Below, in pieces: positions 17,772 to 27,586 of a stretch of DNA of 64,000 bases. Made by a program: the position numbers and the translations under genes. The notes beneath the pieces are model-generated. The model worked only from the letters and a program-made list of their open reading frames with translations. It did not search any database and had not been told where the DNA came from. The DNA is taken from the NCBI GenBank assembly GCA_963825585.1, contig CAWGTX010000001.1:669613-733612 (forward strand), in the 5' to 3' direction. This stretch comes from an uncultured bacterium. GTDB lineage: Bacteria; Actinomycetota; Acidimicrobiia; Spongiisociales; ZC4RG35. The first letter of the stretch is position 1; every line of letters starts with the position of its first letter.

Positions 17772-19342
17772 AGGTGAACTCCTTCTGCTGATTGCTTCAG
17801 TTCTTGACGGTTGATCTTGCCGGTGGATGTCTTGGGGAGCACCTCGAGCAGTTCGAAGTGCTCGGGAATCATGTATGGCGGTACGGCTTCCTTGCAGTGG
17901 TGCAGCAGGTCGGCGACGGTGACGCCGTCCTTGACCGTAGCGAACCCGAACAGGCGATTCGTGACCAGATCGTCGGGTACCGCCACCACCGCGAACTCGA
18001 CCACTCCGGGGTGCCGGTACATCGCCGTTTCGATCTCGCCCAACTCGATGCGGTAGCCGCGGCTCTTGATCTGGTTGTCGCGGCGACCCAGGAAGGTGTA
18101 GTCGCCGTTCTCGTCTTCTCTGACCAGGTCGCCGGTCTTGTAGACCGGGTCGACGATCTCACCGGCGAACGGGTCGGGTGCGAGCCGTTCGGCCGTGCGG
18201 GCGGGGTCTCCCCAGTACCCGGCCATGACGGTGCCGGATCTGATCCACAGCTCACCAACCTCGCCCTTCGGCACCAAGGCCCCGTCTTCACTCACCACGT
18301 ACCCGTCGGTGTTGGGGATGGGACGACCGATGGGGATGTCGCCACCCTCCGGGTCCGGGATCGTCGGCACGTTGTAGAAGGTGCACACGTTGGTTTCGGT
18401 CGGCCCGTACAGATTCGAGAAATGCACGTGGGGGAGGAGGCTCATGAGCTGGCTCAGATACTTGGTGGGGAACACCTCGCCGGCGAACAGCATCCAACGC
18501 AAATCGGGGAAGGCGTCCTGCTCGAGCTTGCCCCGCTGCAACACCATCGACAGGATCGACGGCACCGAATACCACACCGTGATGCGGTGCTCTGAGATGA
18601 AGCGGTTGATCTTGACCGGGAACACCGACGCCATCGCCGGCACCAGGAACAGCGTCGCCCCGGCGTGGGCGCTCGAGTAGAGGTCGAGGATCGACAGATC
18701 GAAGTGGAAGGGGGCGTGGCTCGACAACCGATCGTCGTGGGTGATGCCGTACTCGTCGACGGTCCAGTTCACGAACACGAGGGCGTTCCGGTGCGTCAGC
18801 TTCACGCCCTTCGGTGCCCCGGTGGACCCCGACGTGTAGATGATGTAGGCGAGATCCTGATCGATCGCCCTGGCGTCGGGATCCTCGGAGGAGGCCGCCT
18901 CCACCTCTGATGACGCGACGAGTGTCAGACCGTCGATCGGGTCGGCCTCCCCGTCCATGACGATCACCGTCGCCAGCTGTGACGGCTCGGCGAGCTCGCT
19001 CCACGCGTCCCGGCGATCTGCGGCGCTGACGAGGACCTCGATACCGCAGTTGCCGACGATGTAGCCGGAGCGAGTGGTGGGGGCCTTCACGTCGATGGAC
19101 ACGTAGGCGGCGCCTGTCTTGAGGACGCCGTACACGCCGATGACGGCTTCGAGCGACTTGTCGAGGTAGAGCCCGACGCGGCTGCCACGGCTGACGCCGT
19201 GTGCCCGCAACGTGTTCGCCAGCCGGTTGGCGGCGGCGTTCAGCTCGGCGTACGTGAGCGATCGATCGCCGTCCACCACGGCGGGGTGGTCCGGATACAT
19301 CCGGGCCGATCGTTCGAGAAGTCCGTGCAGCGTGAAGCTCAT
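17768..19342 (-). CDS. Standalone amino-acid adenylation (A-domain) enzyme, DltA-like
   Basis: A-domain core motifs YTSGSTGAPKGV (A3), NLYGPTE (A5), YKTGDLVR (A7), LGRRDNQIKSRGYRIELGEIE (A8) and LPKTSTGKINR (A10). ATGA overlap with the upstream ACAD gene. Confidence 0.85.
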   Translation of the reverse strand: MSFTLHGLLERSARMYPDHPAVVDGDRSLTYAELNAAANRLANTLRAHGVSRGSRVGLYLDKSLEAVIGVYGVLKTGAAYVSIDVKAPTTRSGYIVGNCGIEVLVSAADRRDAWSELAEPSQLATVIVMDGEADPIDGLTLVASSEVEAASSEDPDARAIDQDLAYIIYTSGSTGAPKGVKLTHRNALVFVNWTVDEYGITHDDRLSSHAPFHFDLSILDLYSSAHAGATLFLVPAMASVFPVKINRFISEHRITVWYSVPSILSMVLQRGKLEQDAFPDLRWMLFAGEVFPTKYLSQLMSLLPHVHFSNLYGPTETNVCTFYNVPTIPDPEGGDIPIGRPIPNTDGYVVSEDGALVPKGEVGELWIRSGTVMAGYWGDPARTAERLAPDPFAGEIVDPVYKTGDLVREDENGDYTFLGRRDNQIKSRGYRIELGEIETAMYRHPGVVEFAVVAVPDDLVTNRLFGFATVKDGVTVADLLHHCKEAVPPYMIPEHFELLEVLPKTSTGKINRQELKQSAEGVHL

Positions 19343-20505
19343 GCGTCCACCGGTAGTCCCTGGAGTTTGGCGATCGTGTTGCGCATCGTCTCCGACGTTC
19401 CGGCCCAGATGGTGGCGGCCAGGCTGTCGCGGACGTGCTGTTGGATCTCGTGGTCATACAAGAAGCCGCGGACGCCGAACGGCTGCATGGCGTCGAGCAT
19501 GAACTGCTTGTACGTCTCTGTGACGAACAGCTTGGTGGCGGCTATGTCCTGCATCAGCGGCTGGGTCGATCCTCCCACCGACAGGCGTCCGGCGACGTCG
19601 TAGACGGCCATGCGAGCCATCTTGTGGCTGGTCACCAGGTCGGCGACCCGGGACGACACCTGCTGGAACGAACCGATCGGAGCGTCGTAGGCGTGACGGG
19701 TGCGGGTCCAGTCGGTGACGAGCCCAAGAACCCGCCGCATCGGGCCCAACAGGGCGGCCAGCACGGCGGATCGCTCCCAGCCAACCGATTCGGTGAGCAC
19801 GTTGAGACCGGCACCGGGCCGACCCACCACATGGCTCTTCGGGATCCTGACATCCTCGAAGATCAGCTCACCCATACGGACCGTACGGAAGCCGACCTTC
19901 TCGAAGTCCCGTCCGTACGAGGCTCCGGCACTTCTCATGTCCACCACGAAGGCACTCAGAGCGAACGGAGAGCGTCCTTCGCCGGTGAGGGCGAACACGA
20001 GGGCGACGTCGGCCATCGGGGCGTTGGTGATGTAGGCCTTGGCGCCGTTCAACACCCAGCCCTCGCCGTCTTTCACCGCCCGGGTCGAGGTCGAGTAGAT
20101 GTCGCTACCGGAGGCCTCTTCGGTGAAGGCGTAGGCGAGCGAGAGGTCGCCCCCGATCGCCGGCCGGACGACCGTCTCACGGACCTCTTCGGAAGCCATC
20201 ATCAGCAGGGGCATCTGCACTCCAAACACCTGCGATGCCATGGCGTAGAGCATGCCGCTGTCGGTGATGGCGGTCCCGATGCCCTCGAACGCGGCGACGG
20301 CGTGGGCCACGGACAGGCCACGGCCGCCCATCGTCTCGGGCATACACACTCCGAGGGCACCGGCGGAGGCGGCCGCCTTCCAGGTCTCGGGGTCGTATCC
20401 GCTGGGGTCGTCCCAGTTCTGGCGGGGTGCCGCCAGGCGAGCGGCGGCGACGCCCTCGAATTCGTCCCGGATCTCGTCGAGGGATGAGTCCTGCCAGGGT
20501 TGCAC
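19339..20505 (-). CDS. Acyl-CoA dehydrogenase family protein (ACAD-like, 2nd of pair)
   Basis: ACAD fold throughout (...GWVLNGAKAYITNA...). GTG at 20505 lies immediately after the upstream ACAD stop at 20508-20510. The longer track start at 20610 would overlap the upstream gene by ~100 nt. Confidence 0.8.
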   Translation of the reverse strand: MQPWQDSSLDEIRDEFEGVAAARLAAPRQNWDDPSGYDPETWKAAASAGALGVCMPETMGGRGLSVAHAVAAFEGIGTAITDSGMLYAMASQVFGVQMPLLMMASEEVRETVVRPAIGGDLSLAYAFTEEASGSDIYSTSTRAVKDGEGWVLNGAKAYITNAPMADVALVFALTGEGRSPFALSAFVVDMRSAGASYGRDFEKVGFRTVRMGELIFEDVRIPKSHVVGRPGAGLNVLTESVGWERSAVLAALLGPMRRVLGLVTDWTRTRHAYDAPIGSFQQVSSRVADLVTSHKMARMAVYDVAGRLSVGGSTQPLMQDIAATKLFVTETYKQFMLDAMQPFGVRGFLYDHEIQQHVRDSLAATIWAGTSETMRNTIAKLQGLPVDA

Positions 20506-20507
20506 GG

Positions 20508-21725
20508 CTACCAGTAACTCTCTTCGAGTTTGGTCACGTCGGTGCCGAGTGAGGCCTTGCCGACGTAGCGCAGGCAGTCGTCGCTCTTGGCCGGCATGAG
20601 ACCGCCACATCGGGCGTCGCGGTAGAGCCGTTCGAGCGGCATCCGTTTGGAGATGGTCGAGCCACCGCAGATGCGAATCGCCATCGAGGCCAGCTCCGGG
20701 GCGACCTCGCCCACCAGGTACTTGGCCCGGTGGATGGCGACGTTGGCTTCAGGTGTGCCGGGGCGTTCGGTCACGAGACGGGCCGCCTCGTAGGTGACGG
20801 CCCGGGCGGAGGCGAGCTTGATGTCCATCTCCCCGATCTGATACTGGACCACCGGGTCGTCGGCTCCCGTCTTGTCGGTGCCGGCGATGGTCTTCTTGGC
20901 GAGATAGTCGGTCGTGAACTCCATGATGGCCGTGGAGATCCCCAGATAGGCGCCGTTGTAGCCGCCCACCTGCCAGTGCGGCTGGCTGAGGAGCTTGTAG
21001 AAGGCCATGCCCTCACTGCCCATGAACAGCAGCTCCTTGGGAACGAACACATCCTGCAGATAGACGGTGTTCGACGTGGTACCCCGCATGCCCAGTACGT
21101 CCCACACCTCTTCGATGGTGATGCCGGCGGAATCCTTGGCGACGCAGAAGTACGAGAGCGTGGGGACCGATCCGGTGGTGTCATTGGCGGGTCGGGCGGC
21201 CACAACGTAGTAGTCGGCGAAGCCGGCCATCGACACGAACGACTTGACCCCGTTGAGAACGTATCCGTCGGGGGTTCGTTCATAGGTGGTCTTGAGCTGG
21301 CTGTACTTGGCCCCGACGCCGGGTTCGGTGGTGGCCGATGCGAACACCTTCCCGCCCTCGACCGCCTGGGCGAACAGCCAGTCGGCAAAGCCCCGCATTC
21401 GGTCGCCGTGGCGACCGGGGATCTCGGCCAGGTCGAGTTCGGCGACGCCACCCATCACGATGTTGTGCATGTTGTAGGTGAGGGCGGTGGCGGCGTGACC
21501 CTTGCCGATCTGTTCCAGCACCTTGGTGTAGGTCAGGAAGTCGGCGCCCATGCCACCTTTCGAGGCGGGGACCATGATGCCGAGCAGGCCGGCGGCTCTG
21601 AGGTCATCGAAGTCCTGGACCGGGAAGGAACCTTCCCGGTCGTGTTTCCCTGCTCGGGTCGCGAATACCTGACCCAGCTCTGAAGCGAGGTTGATAACGT
21701 GTCCCGGGTCAAGTGTCGTTTCCAT
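20508..21725 (-). CDS. Acyl-CoA dehydrogenase family protein (ACAD-like, 1st of pair)
   Basis: ACAD fold (YVLNGVKSFVSMAGFADYYVV..., C-terminal helical domain). ATG METTLDPG confirmed at 21725. Confidence 0.8.
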   Translation of the reverse strand: METTLDPGHVINLASELGQVFATRAGKHDREGSFPVQDFDDLRAAGLLGIMVPASKGGMGADFLTYTKVLEQIGKGHAATALTYNMHNIVMGGVAELDLAEIPGRHGDRMRGFADWLFAQAVEGGKVFASATTEPGVGAKYSQLKTTYERTPDGYVLNGVKSFVSMAGFADYYVVAARPANDTTGSVPTLSYFCVAKDSAGITIEEVWDVLGMRGTTSNTVYLQDVFVPKELLFMGSEGMAFYKLLSQPHWQVGGYNGAYLGISTAIMEFTTDYLAKKTIAGTDKTGADDPVVQYQIGEMDIKLASARAVTYEAARLVTERPGTPEANVAIHRAKYLVGEVAPELASMAIRICGGSTISKRMPLERLYRDARCGGLMPAKSDDCLRYVGKASLGTDVTKLEESYW

Positions 21726-21851
21726 GTGGACCTCCCCATCTACCGGTTGTCTGGTCCGCCCCCGAACCGTCCGCACCCATTCCTCACCCTGCCCGGCAGA
21801 CAGCGTAGTTGCTACCCGGTCGAGGCCAAGGGGGAAGGTTCCGACCGCGGG

Positions 21852-22769
21852 TCAGCGGTGTCGGATCGATGCGGTGACCCTGTCGATCCACTCGAACGAC
21901 AGGGAAAGGAACGCCTCCTGGCCGTCGACGGCCGGGAACCCGTGAATGGTGCCAGGGAGATCGCGAATGACCTCGACGGTGTCGCCGGCGCGGTCGAGGA
22001 TCGTTCCGAGCCGGCCTTCGGCGGCCCGATCGAACTCCCGAAGCAGGGGGTCGTCGAGTCCGTAGGCAACGAGCACCGGCACTCCACGGTCGACCATCTG
22101 GTCGAGTGGGTCGAGCAGCTGCTTGCTCACCCACCACAGCGGATCGCGTGCGCCAGCCGGCTTCACCCCGCCGGTGAGCTTGCGGGTGACCTGCTTCAGC
22201 TTGCTCCTGGCGAGCTTGACGTAGAAGGCCCGTCTGACCGGGTCCGTGAGGCCCTTGAAGGTCTTGGCCCTCAATGCGAGTGAGGCGTACTCACCGATCG
22301 AACGGTCCCGCGCCATCCGCTCCGCCACCGCTTCGGTGCGTTCGTAGCTACCCACAGGCGGCGTGGCCATCAGGACACCGACGACGTCGTCGAGGAGCGG
22401 CGCAGTGGACAGTGCCGTCCGTGAAGAGAAGCACGCACCGGCGAGCACGATCGGTCCGGCCCCGTGTTGGCGCAACACCTCGGCGGCGGCCACGGCGTCC
22501 TCGGTGAACGGGGCGCTCAGGCGAAGCTCGCCCACGGTACCGGTTGACTCGCCCAGCCCGTGGTAGTCGAATCTCAAACAGGTGTAGCCACGTGACGCCA
22601 GGTCTCGGGATATCCGAACCGCCAGTCGGTTACGTTGCAGCGAGACGTTGACTGTGTCGCCGCCCTGGATCACGAGCACGCCCACACCGTTGGACTGTTC
22701 GGGGTGCGAAATGATCCCGAACAGTCGCGCACCAACGGCGTCGAAGAAGACCGGCGTTTCGTTGATCAT
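21852..22769 (-). CDS. Alpha/beta-hydrolase fold protein (paralog 1; candidate Cys nucleophile in LAGACFSS elbow)
   Basis: VLVIQGGDTVN...RFDYHGLGESTG resembles the HGxGxS region of alpha/beta hydrolases. ATG MINETPVFF at 22769 is in an ATGA overlap with paralog 2. Confidence 0.55.
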   Translation of the reverse strand: MINETPVFFDAVGARLFGIISHPEQSNGVGVLVIQGGDTVNVSLQRNRLAVRISRDLASRGYTCLRFDYHGLGESTGTVGELRLSAPFTEDAVAAAEVLRQHGAGPIVLAGACFSSRTALSTAPLLDDVVGVLMATPPVGSYERTEAVAERMARDRSIGEYASLALRAKTFKGLTDPVRRAFYVKLARSKLKQVTRKLTGGVKPAGARDPLWWVSKQLLDPLDQMVDRGVPVLVAYGLDDPLLREFDRAAEGRLGTILDRAGDTVEVIRDLPGTIHGFPAVDGQEAFLSLSFEWIDRVTASIRHR

Positions 22770-23620
22770 GGGCGAACCTCCGCCAGCCATCCGGCGGTGA
22801 GATCGACGAGAGCGTCGTCGAGCAGTGCACCCTCCTCCGGTCTGAGCAGGTTGACGTCCTGGTGGAACCACCACGCCTCTTCGAACTCGAGAGGGTGGAC
22901 TGTGGCATCCCGTCCAGCTGCCTCGGCGACAGTCGTCGCGGCGGTGATGTCCTTGCGGATGTCCGTGGAGCGGCCGAGTTGTGCAATCAACACCGGGCCG
23001 GTTCCGGCGCCGACTTCCAGGGACCTGGTCAACGAACTATCGCGCAGTCCTTTTGTCACGGAGAATCCGGCGATGTCGAGGGAGCCGCCGGTGGAGAACT
23101 CATCCTCGAGATCGGCGGCTGTCCTGTTGCCCCCGTGTTTCACTCCGAGGATCAGCACCGCCCGGGTCAGCTCGCGGAAATAGCGTTTGCCTTCGTTGAC
23201 CGGCTCCCAGAACACGAGGCGCGACTCGGGAGCGGTGACCGGTGTGGTGGCGAGGGCAGCGAGGCGGGTGGCCACCACGTCGATGGTGCCGACCCCGGCC
23301 ACCTCGAGCAGGCGGTCGATGGCGGTTGACGCATCGGCGGCCATGGAGTCGATGGTGAGATCGGATGCCTCGCCTGAGCTGTTGCCGGTCCCGCGGTAGT
23401 GGAACCGTTGGGCGGCGAAACCCAGCGACGCCAGCCGCCGGCCGAGCATCACCTCCCGGCGGTTGTTCTTGAGGAACTCCGAGTGGAGCGGGGAGCAAAT
23501 GAGCACCCGGCCGATCGGATCCGATGCCGGAAGATGGGTGACGCCGAATAGATCACCGAAGAAGCCCACCTGTTCGGTGGTGCCGTCACCCAGCTCCAAT
23601 GTCGTCACTCGTGCCCCCAT
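22766..23620 (-). CDS. Alpha/beta-hydrolase fold protein (paralog 2; nucleophile position replaced, VATRLAA)
   Basis: Alignable with paralog 1 (VLICSPLHSEFLKNNRREVMLGRRLASLGFAAQRFHYRGTGNSSG versus VLVIQGGDTVNVSLQRNRLAVRISRDLASRGYTCLRFDYHGLGESTG), but lacks the G-x-Nu-x-G elbow. Confidence 0.5.
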   Translation of the reverse strand: MGARVTTLELGDGTTEQVGFFGDLFGVTHLPASDPIGRVLICSPLHSEFLKNNRREVMLGRRLASLGFAAQRFHYRGTGNSSGEASDLTIDSMAADASTAIDRLLEVAGVGTIDVVATRLAALATTPVTAPESRLVFWEPVNEGKRYFRELTRAVLILGVKHGGNRTAADLEDEFSTGGSLDIAGFSVTKGLRDSSLTRSLEVGAGTGPVLIAQLGRSTDIRKDITAATTVAEAAGRDATVHPLEFEEAWWFHQDVNLLRPEEGALLDDALVDLTAGWLAEVRP

Positions 23621-23818
23621 CGGTGAGCAGCATAGAGGTAGTGGGTCCTACGGGAAGTGGTTCCTCCGGGAGGAGACTTGGACTGGTCTTGGTGTTCGCT
23701 TCACCTTCCGACCCGCACAATGTTGGCTCCTCGGCCAGGGACGTGGGGGGACCACGATGAAGCCGGCGGGGAAGCCTTGGGTCACCGGGGTTGGGGCGAA
23801 CGCTCGACGGGAGATGCC

Positions 23819-25009
23819 ATGTGGAAGCGGTTTCGACGGTTCGGCGGCGCGGCGGGGATGGTGGGTCTCGCCGCTCTGGTGGTGCTCGGAGTGACGCCGG
23901 TTCCGGCCACGGCCGCACCGGGTGACGTCGGTGTGCTGGGTTGCTCGAACACTGCCATCGCTGCCATCGGGTACAACCAGGTCTCGGATGTCGGTCGGTT
24001 GTGGCCCGCGTCCACCGACGACAACCCCTTTGCCGATTACTGGGGCAACGACATCGTGAAGTGGGCTGACGTGAACGGTCAGGGTCGCAGCGCTTGGGCA
24101 GCGTTCGATGCCGAGCTCGGTGCCAACCCCTCCACAACCGCCGTGTGGTTCCAGGTGTGCGTCCGGGCCGAGACTCCGGGCTCGACCGTCACCGTCGACA
24201 CGATCGTCGCCGAGATCCGGCGACGGCTCCCGCAAGTCACCGTCTACGCCAGTCCTCTCGACGACACTCCCTCGTGCCTGATCGGTGATCCGGACCTTTC
24301 GCTCGAGTACGTGGACCATCTCGTGGACACCGGTCAGGCCTTGCGCGGTCCGACTTTGAGTCCTCTTCCGCCCGACCAGGTGAAGGGTTGCCACGCCTCC
24401 GGCGACGGCATCGACCTGCACGGTGCCGATCTGGCGGCCTTCTTCGACGATGGTGCACTACCCCAGCCCGGCCCTGAACCGAGCGGATTCGTCGACGTCG
24501 GATCGGACCACGTGTTCTCGGCCGATATCGCCTGGCTGGCCGCCCGGGGGATCACCGTTGGATGCAACCCCCCCTCCAACGACCGCTTCTGTCCGGAAGA
24601 ACCGGTGTCACGCGGCCAGATGGCGGCGTTCCTCGCACGTGCGCTCTCGCTGCCCCCATCCGAAGTCGACGCATTCGCAGACGACGCCGGCTCTGTGTTC
24701 GAAGCCGAGATCGACGCCCTCGCCGCAGCCGGCATCACGTCCGGATGCTCGTCGCAGGGCTTCTGTCCCGACGATCCGGTCACGCGGGCGCAGATGGCGA
24801 CGTTCCTCGTCAACGCCTTCGACCTGACCGGGGGCGAGGGGACCGACCTCTTCAGCGACGACAGCGGCGTCCACGAGTTGGACATCGACACGCTCGGAAC
24901 CTCGGGCGTGACCCAGGGCTGCAACCCGCCGCTCAACGATCGCTACTGCCCCGACGATCCCGTCACGAGAGGCCAGATGGCCGCATTCCTGCATCGCGCC
25001 GAGGGGTGA
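23819..25009 (+). CDS. Secreted protein with unknown ~200-aa N-terminal domain and four C-terminal SLH-like repeats
   Basis: Signal peptide MWKRFRRFGGAAGMVGLAALVVLGVTPVPATAAPGD, then four repeats of the type FVDVGSDHVFSADIAWLAARGITVGCNPPSNDRFCPEEPVSRGQMAAFLARAL. Confidence 0.7.
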   Translation: MWKRFRRFGGAAGMVGLAALVVLGVTPVPATAAPGDVGVLGCSNTAIAAIGYNQVSDVGRLWPASTDDNPFADYWGNDIVKWADVNGQGRSAWAAFDAELGANPSTTAVWFQVCVRAETPGSTVTVDTIVAEIRRRLPQVTVYASPLDDTPSCLIGDPDLSLEYVDHLVDTGQALRGPTLSPLPPDQVKGCHASGDGIDLHGADLAAFFDDGALPQPGPEPSGFVDVGSDHVFSADIAWLAARGITVGCNPPSNDRFCPEEPVSRGQMAAFLARALSLPPSEVDAFADDAGSVFEAEIDALAAAGITSGCSSQGFCPDDPVTRAQMATFLVNAFDLTGGEGTDLFSDDSGVHELDIDTLGTSGVTQGCNPPLNDRYCPDDPVTRGQMAAFLHRAEG

Positions 25010-25074
25010 CGCCGAAGGCAGAACGCTGAACGCCCAGAGGAGCGAGGGAGTGGCACGCTGCGAACACCTGCTCG

Positions 25075-25102
25075 CAGCCAGCAGCCAGCAGCCAGCAGCC
25101 AG
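25075..25102. repeat. (CAGCCAG)4 heptamer tandem array, member of dispersed GCTGGCT-repeat family
   Basis: Exact 4x heptamer in the convergent intergenic region. Confidence 0.6.
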
Positions 25103-25116
25103 ATCCTTCCCTGGCG

Positions 25117-25956
25117 CTACTCCGGCGCTATTCCCCGATCGGCCGAGACCGCCAGGATGGCTCCGGCCACTGCGAGAGCGATGAAGGACACGCCTGCCGC
25201 AGCCTGACCGGAGCCGGCTACTGCCACGATCTGGGTGCCGGCGCCCACCACGACCAGTTGGGCGATCAGCCAGGCCCCCATCGGCGCCTTGGAGAAACGG
25301 TCGATCCCGAGGACTGACATGAGCGCCAGTCCCGACCAGGCGCCGAACACCGACACCACTCGGGGGGATCCGCCGTCCAGCGTTGCCCAGGCGGCGAGAC
25401 CGGCGAACGCACCCAGGGCGGGGCCGGTGAAGATCGGCTTTTCGCCGACGACTGCGGCGAGTGACAAGACGAGTGTGGCTCCGAGGAGGGCCCTGGCGAT
25501 CTCGGTGTCGGGAACGCTCGCCCACACGGCGAAGGCGGCGCCGCCGATGACGACACCGACCGTTCTCGGATCGGCTCTCCCGAATCTCCGAGGTCCCCAA
25601 ATCGCGGCGGTGGTGAACAGGGTCGATACGGCCACCGGCCAAACCACGGCGGGCCGCCAGGAGGTGTCGGCGATCACGAACGAGATCGACGCCGTGGACA
25701 CCTCGGACAGGACGGGACGGGCGAGCAGACCCGTGGTCAGGGCGAGGCCGACCGAGGCCAGTACCGGCAACGGATCGAACCTGCCGACGATGAACGTGGA
25801 ACCGCCCACGCCGACCAGCAGCGCGGCAGCACCAGTCCAGCCGATCCTGATCCGCGCCACGAGACCCACCACCAGGCAACCGATCGCCAGACCGAGGCCG
25901 AAGAGGAACCACCTGTCCGACGTGAGCGAAAGGAGGGTTGCGACTTCGTCGCTCAC
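25117..25956 (-). CDS. Hypothetical polytopic membrane protein
   Basis: Only the C-terminal ~280 aa of track ORF 25117..26784 is hydrophobic and protein-like; the remainder is antisense to lpdA. Proposed GTG start at 25956 (VSDEVATLL). Confidence 0.45.
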   Translation of the reverse strand: MSDEVATLLSLTSDRWFLFGLGLAIGCLVVGLVARIRIGWTGAAALLVGVGGSTFIVGRFDPLPVLASVGLALTTGLLARPVLSEVSTASISFVIADTSWRPAVVWPVAVSTLFTTAAIWGPRRFGRADPRTVGVVIGGAAFAVWASVPDTEIARALLGATLVLSLAAVVGEKPIFTGPALGAFAGLAAWATLDGGSPRVVSVFGAWSGLALMSVLGIDRFSKAPMGAWLIAQLVVVGAGTQIVAVAGSGQAAAGVSFIALAVAGAILAVSADRGIAPE

Positions 25957-26196
25957 GAGAACCCGACCAGGAACCAGATGGCTCCGGCGGCGAGGATCAC
26001 CAACGCCACGGCCGCGGCGGCCATCAAAAGGTATCGCGTCTGCACGCCGGGAGGCTACACGTCGTCTGCACAGCAGCCAGGTATCGGCTGCGGAGAGTGG
26101 TCGCTGCATTCGATTGCAGCGTTCGGATGGAAGGGTCACGATCGGCCCGTGACCCACTACCCTCTGGTGGGTAGTTCCCGAAAGGACGGATCGAGG

Positions 26197-27567
26197 GTGT
26201 ACGACATCGTGGTCGTCGGAGGTGGCCCTGGCGGGTACGCCTCGGCGCTGTACGCGCACAATTTCGGCTTGTCGGTCGCCCTCGTCGATGAGGAGCGTCC
26301 CGGTGGCACCTGCCTCATCCGAGGATGTATCCCCGCCAAACAGTGGATTCAGATCGCCGAGGTGTTCGCAACGGTTCGGCATGCCTCCGACTTCGGGGTG
26401 ATCACCTCCGAGCCCCAACTCGACTGGGATGCTGCCATCGCCAGGAAGAACCAGACGGTCGAGGGGCTGCTCAAAGGTCTGTCCGGTCTGCTGAAGCAAC
26501 GCAAGGTGGACGTGATCGACGGGTTCGGTCGCCTCGACGGTCCCGGCAAGGTGGTCGTTTCCGGGGCCGAGGGCGAGCGGACCGTGGCGGGTCGGGCGAT
26601 CATCATGGCCACCGGTTCGCATGCCCGCTCGATCCCGCCATATCCGGTGGACGGCGTTCGGATCGTGACGTCCGATCACGCCCTCGACTGGCCGGCCCGA
26701 CCCGACCGGGTCGCCATCGTCGGCGGCGGTGTGATCGGGTGTGAGTTCGCCAGTCTGCTCACAGACCTCGGCTCCGAGGTCCACGTGTTCGAGGTGATGG
26801 ACCAGATCCTGCCCGGCGGTGACCCCGATGCTGCGAAGCAGCTCGAGCGCCAGCTCTCACGCCGCGGCGTGAAGTTCCACGTCGGGATCGGGGTCGGCGA
26901 ACCGAAGGTCGGCGCCGGAGCTGTGGTGGTGCCGTTCGGCGACTCCTCGGTGGAGGTCGATGTCGTCCTCATGGCGGTCGGGCGTGGCCCCAACACCGCC
27001 AACGTGGGCTTCGATACCACCAAGGCGGTTGTCGACCGTGGCTTCGTCGTCGTCGATCTGGCGACCATGCAGACCGCCGAGCCGGGCGTCTACGCGGTGG
27101 GCGACATCGTGGCCGGCTCGCCCCAGCTCGCCCACGTCGCCTTCGCGGAGGCCATCGCCGCCGTGACCCACATCGCCACCGGGCGGCTGGCGTCGGTCGA
27201 TTACCGGGCGATCCCCCGGGTCACCTACACCCATCCCGAAGTCGCGGAGGTGGGCCTCACCGAGGCGCAGGCGCGCGAGTCGGGTGTCGAGGTGGAGGTC
27301 ACCAAACATGCCTTCAACGGTGTGGGCAGGGCGATCATCATCGGACAGAACCAGGGCTTCGTGAAGGTCATTGCCGAGAAGGATGGACCGATTCTCGGTG
27401 CTGCGGTGGTCGGCCCCCAGGCGGGGGAGATGATCCACGAGCTGATGTACTCGGTCGGGTGGGAGGCCCTCCCCTCCGAGGCCGCGGCATTCATCCACGC
27501 TCATCCCACCCTCTCGGAGGCCGTGGGGGAGACACTCATGGGCGCGGCCGGCAGGGCCCTGCACTGA
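26197..27567 (+). CDS. lpdA: Dihydrolipoyl dehydrogenase (E3)
   Basis: FAD motif DIVVVGGGPGGYASAL, redox disulfide GGTCLIRGCIPAK, C-terminal HAHPTLSEA dimerisation motif. GTG at 26197 preceded by AAAGGACGGA. Confidence 0.85.
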   Translation: MYDIVVVGGGPGGYASALYAHNFGLSVALVDEERPGGTCLIRGCIPAKQWIQIAEVFATVRHASDFGVITSEPQLDWDAAIARKNQTVEGLLKGLSGLLKQRKVDVIDGFGRLDGPGKVVVSGAEGERTVAGRAIIMATGSHARSIPPYPVDGVRIVTSDHALDWPARPDRVAIVGGGVIGCEFASLLTDLGSEVHVFEVMDQILPGGDPDAAKQLERQLSRRGVKFHVGIGVGEPKVGAGAVVVPFGDSSVEVDVVLMAVGRGPNTANVGFDTTKAVVDRGFVVVDLATMQTAEPGVYAVGDIVAGSPQLAHVAFAEAIAAVTHIATGRLASVDYRAIPRVTYTHPEVAEVGLTEAQARESGVEVEVTKHAFNGVGRAIIIGQNQGFVKVIAEKDGPILGAAVVGPQAGEMIHELMYSVGWEALPSEAAAFIHAHPTLSEAVGETLMGAAGRALH

Positions 27568-27586
27568 TTTCCAGGAGAGGTAGGCG

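Noticed and set aside
25957-26784. N-terminal 275 aa of track ORF 25117..26784
   Set aside because: This part is antisense to lpdA. Only the hydrophobic C-terminal 280 aa (25117..25956) is retained as a membrane protein.
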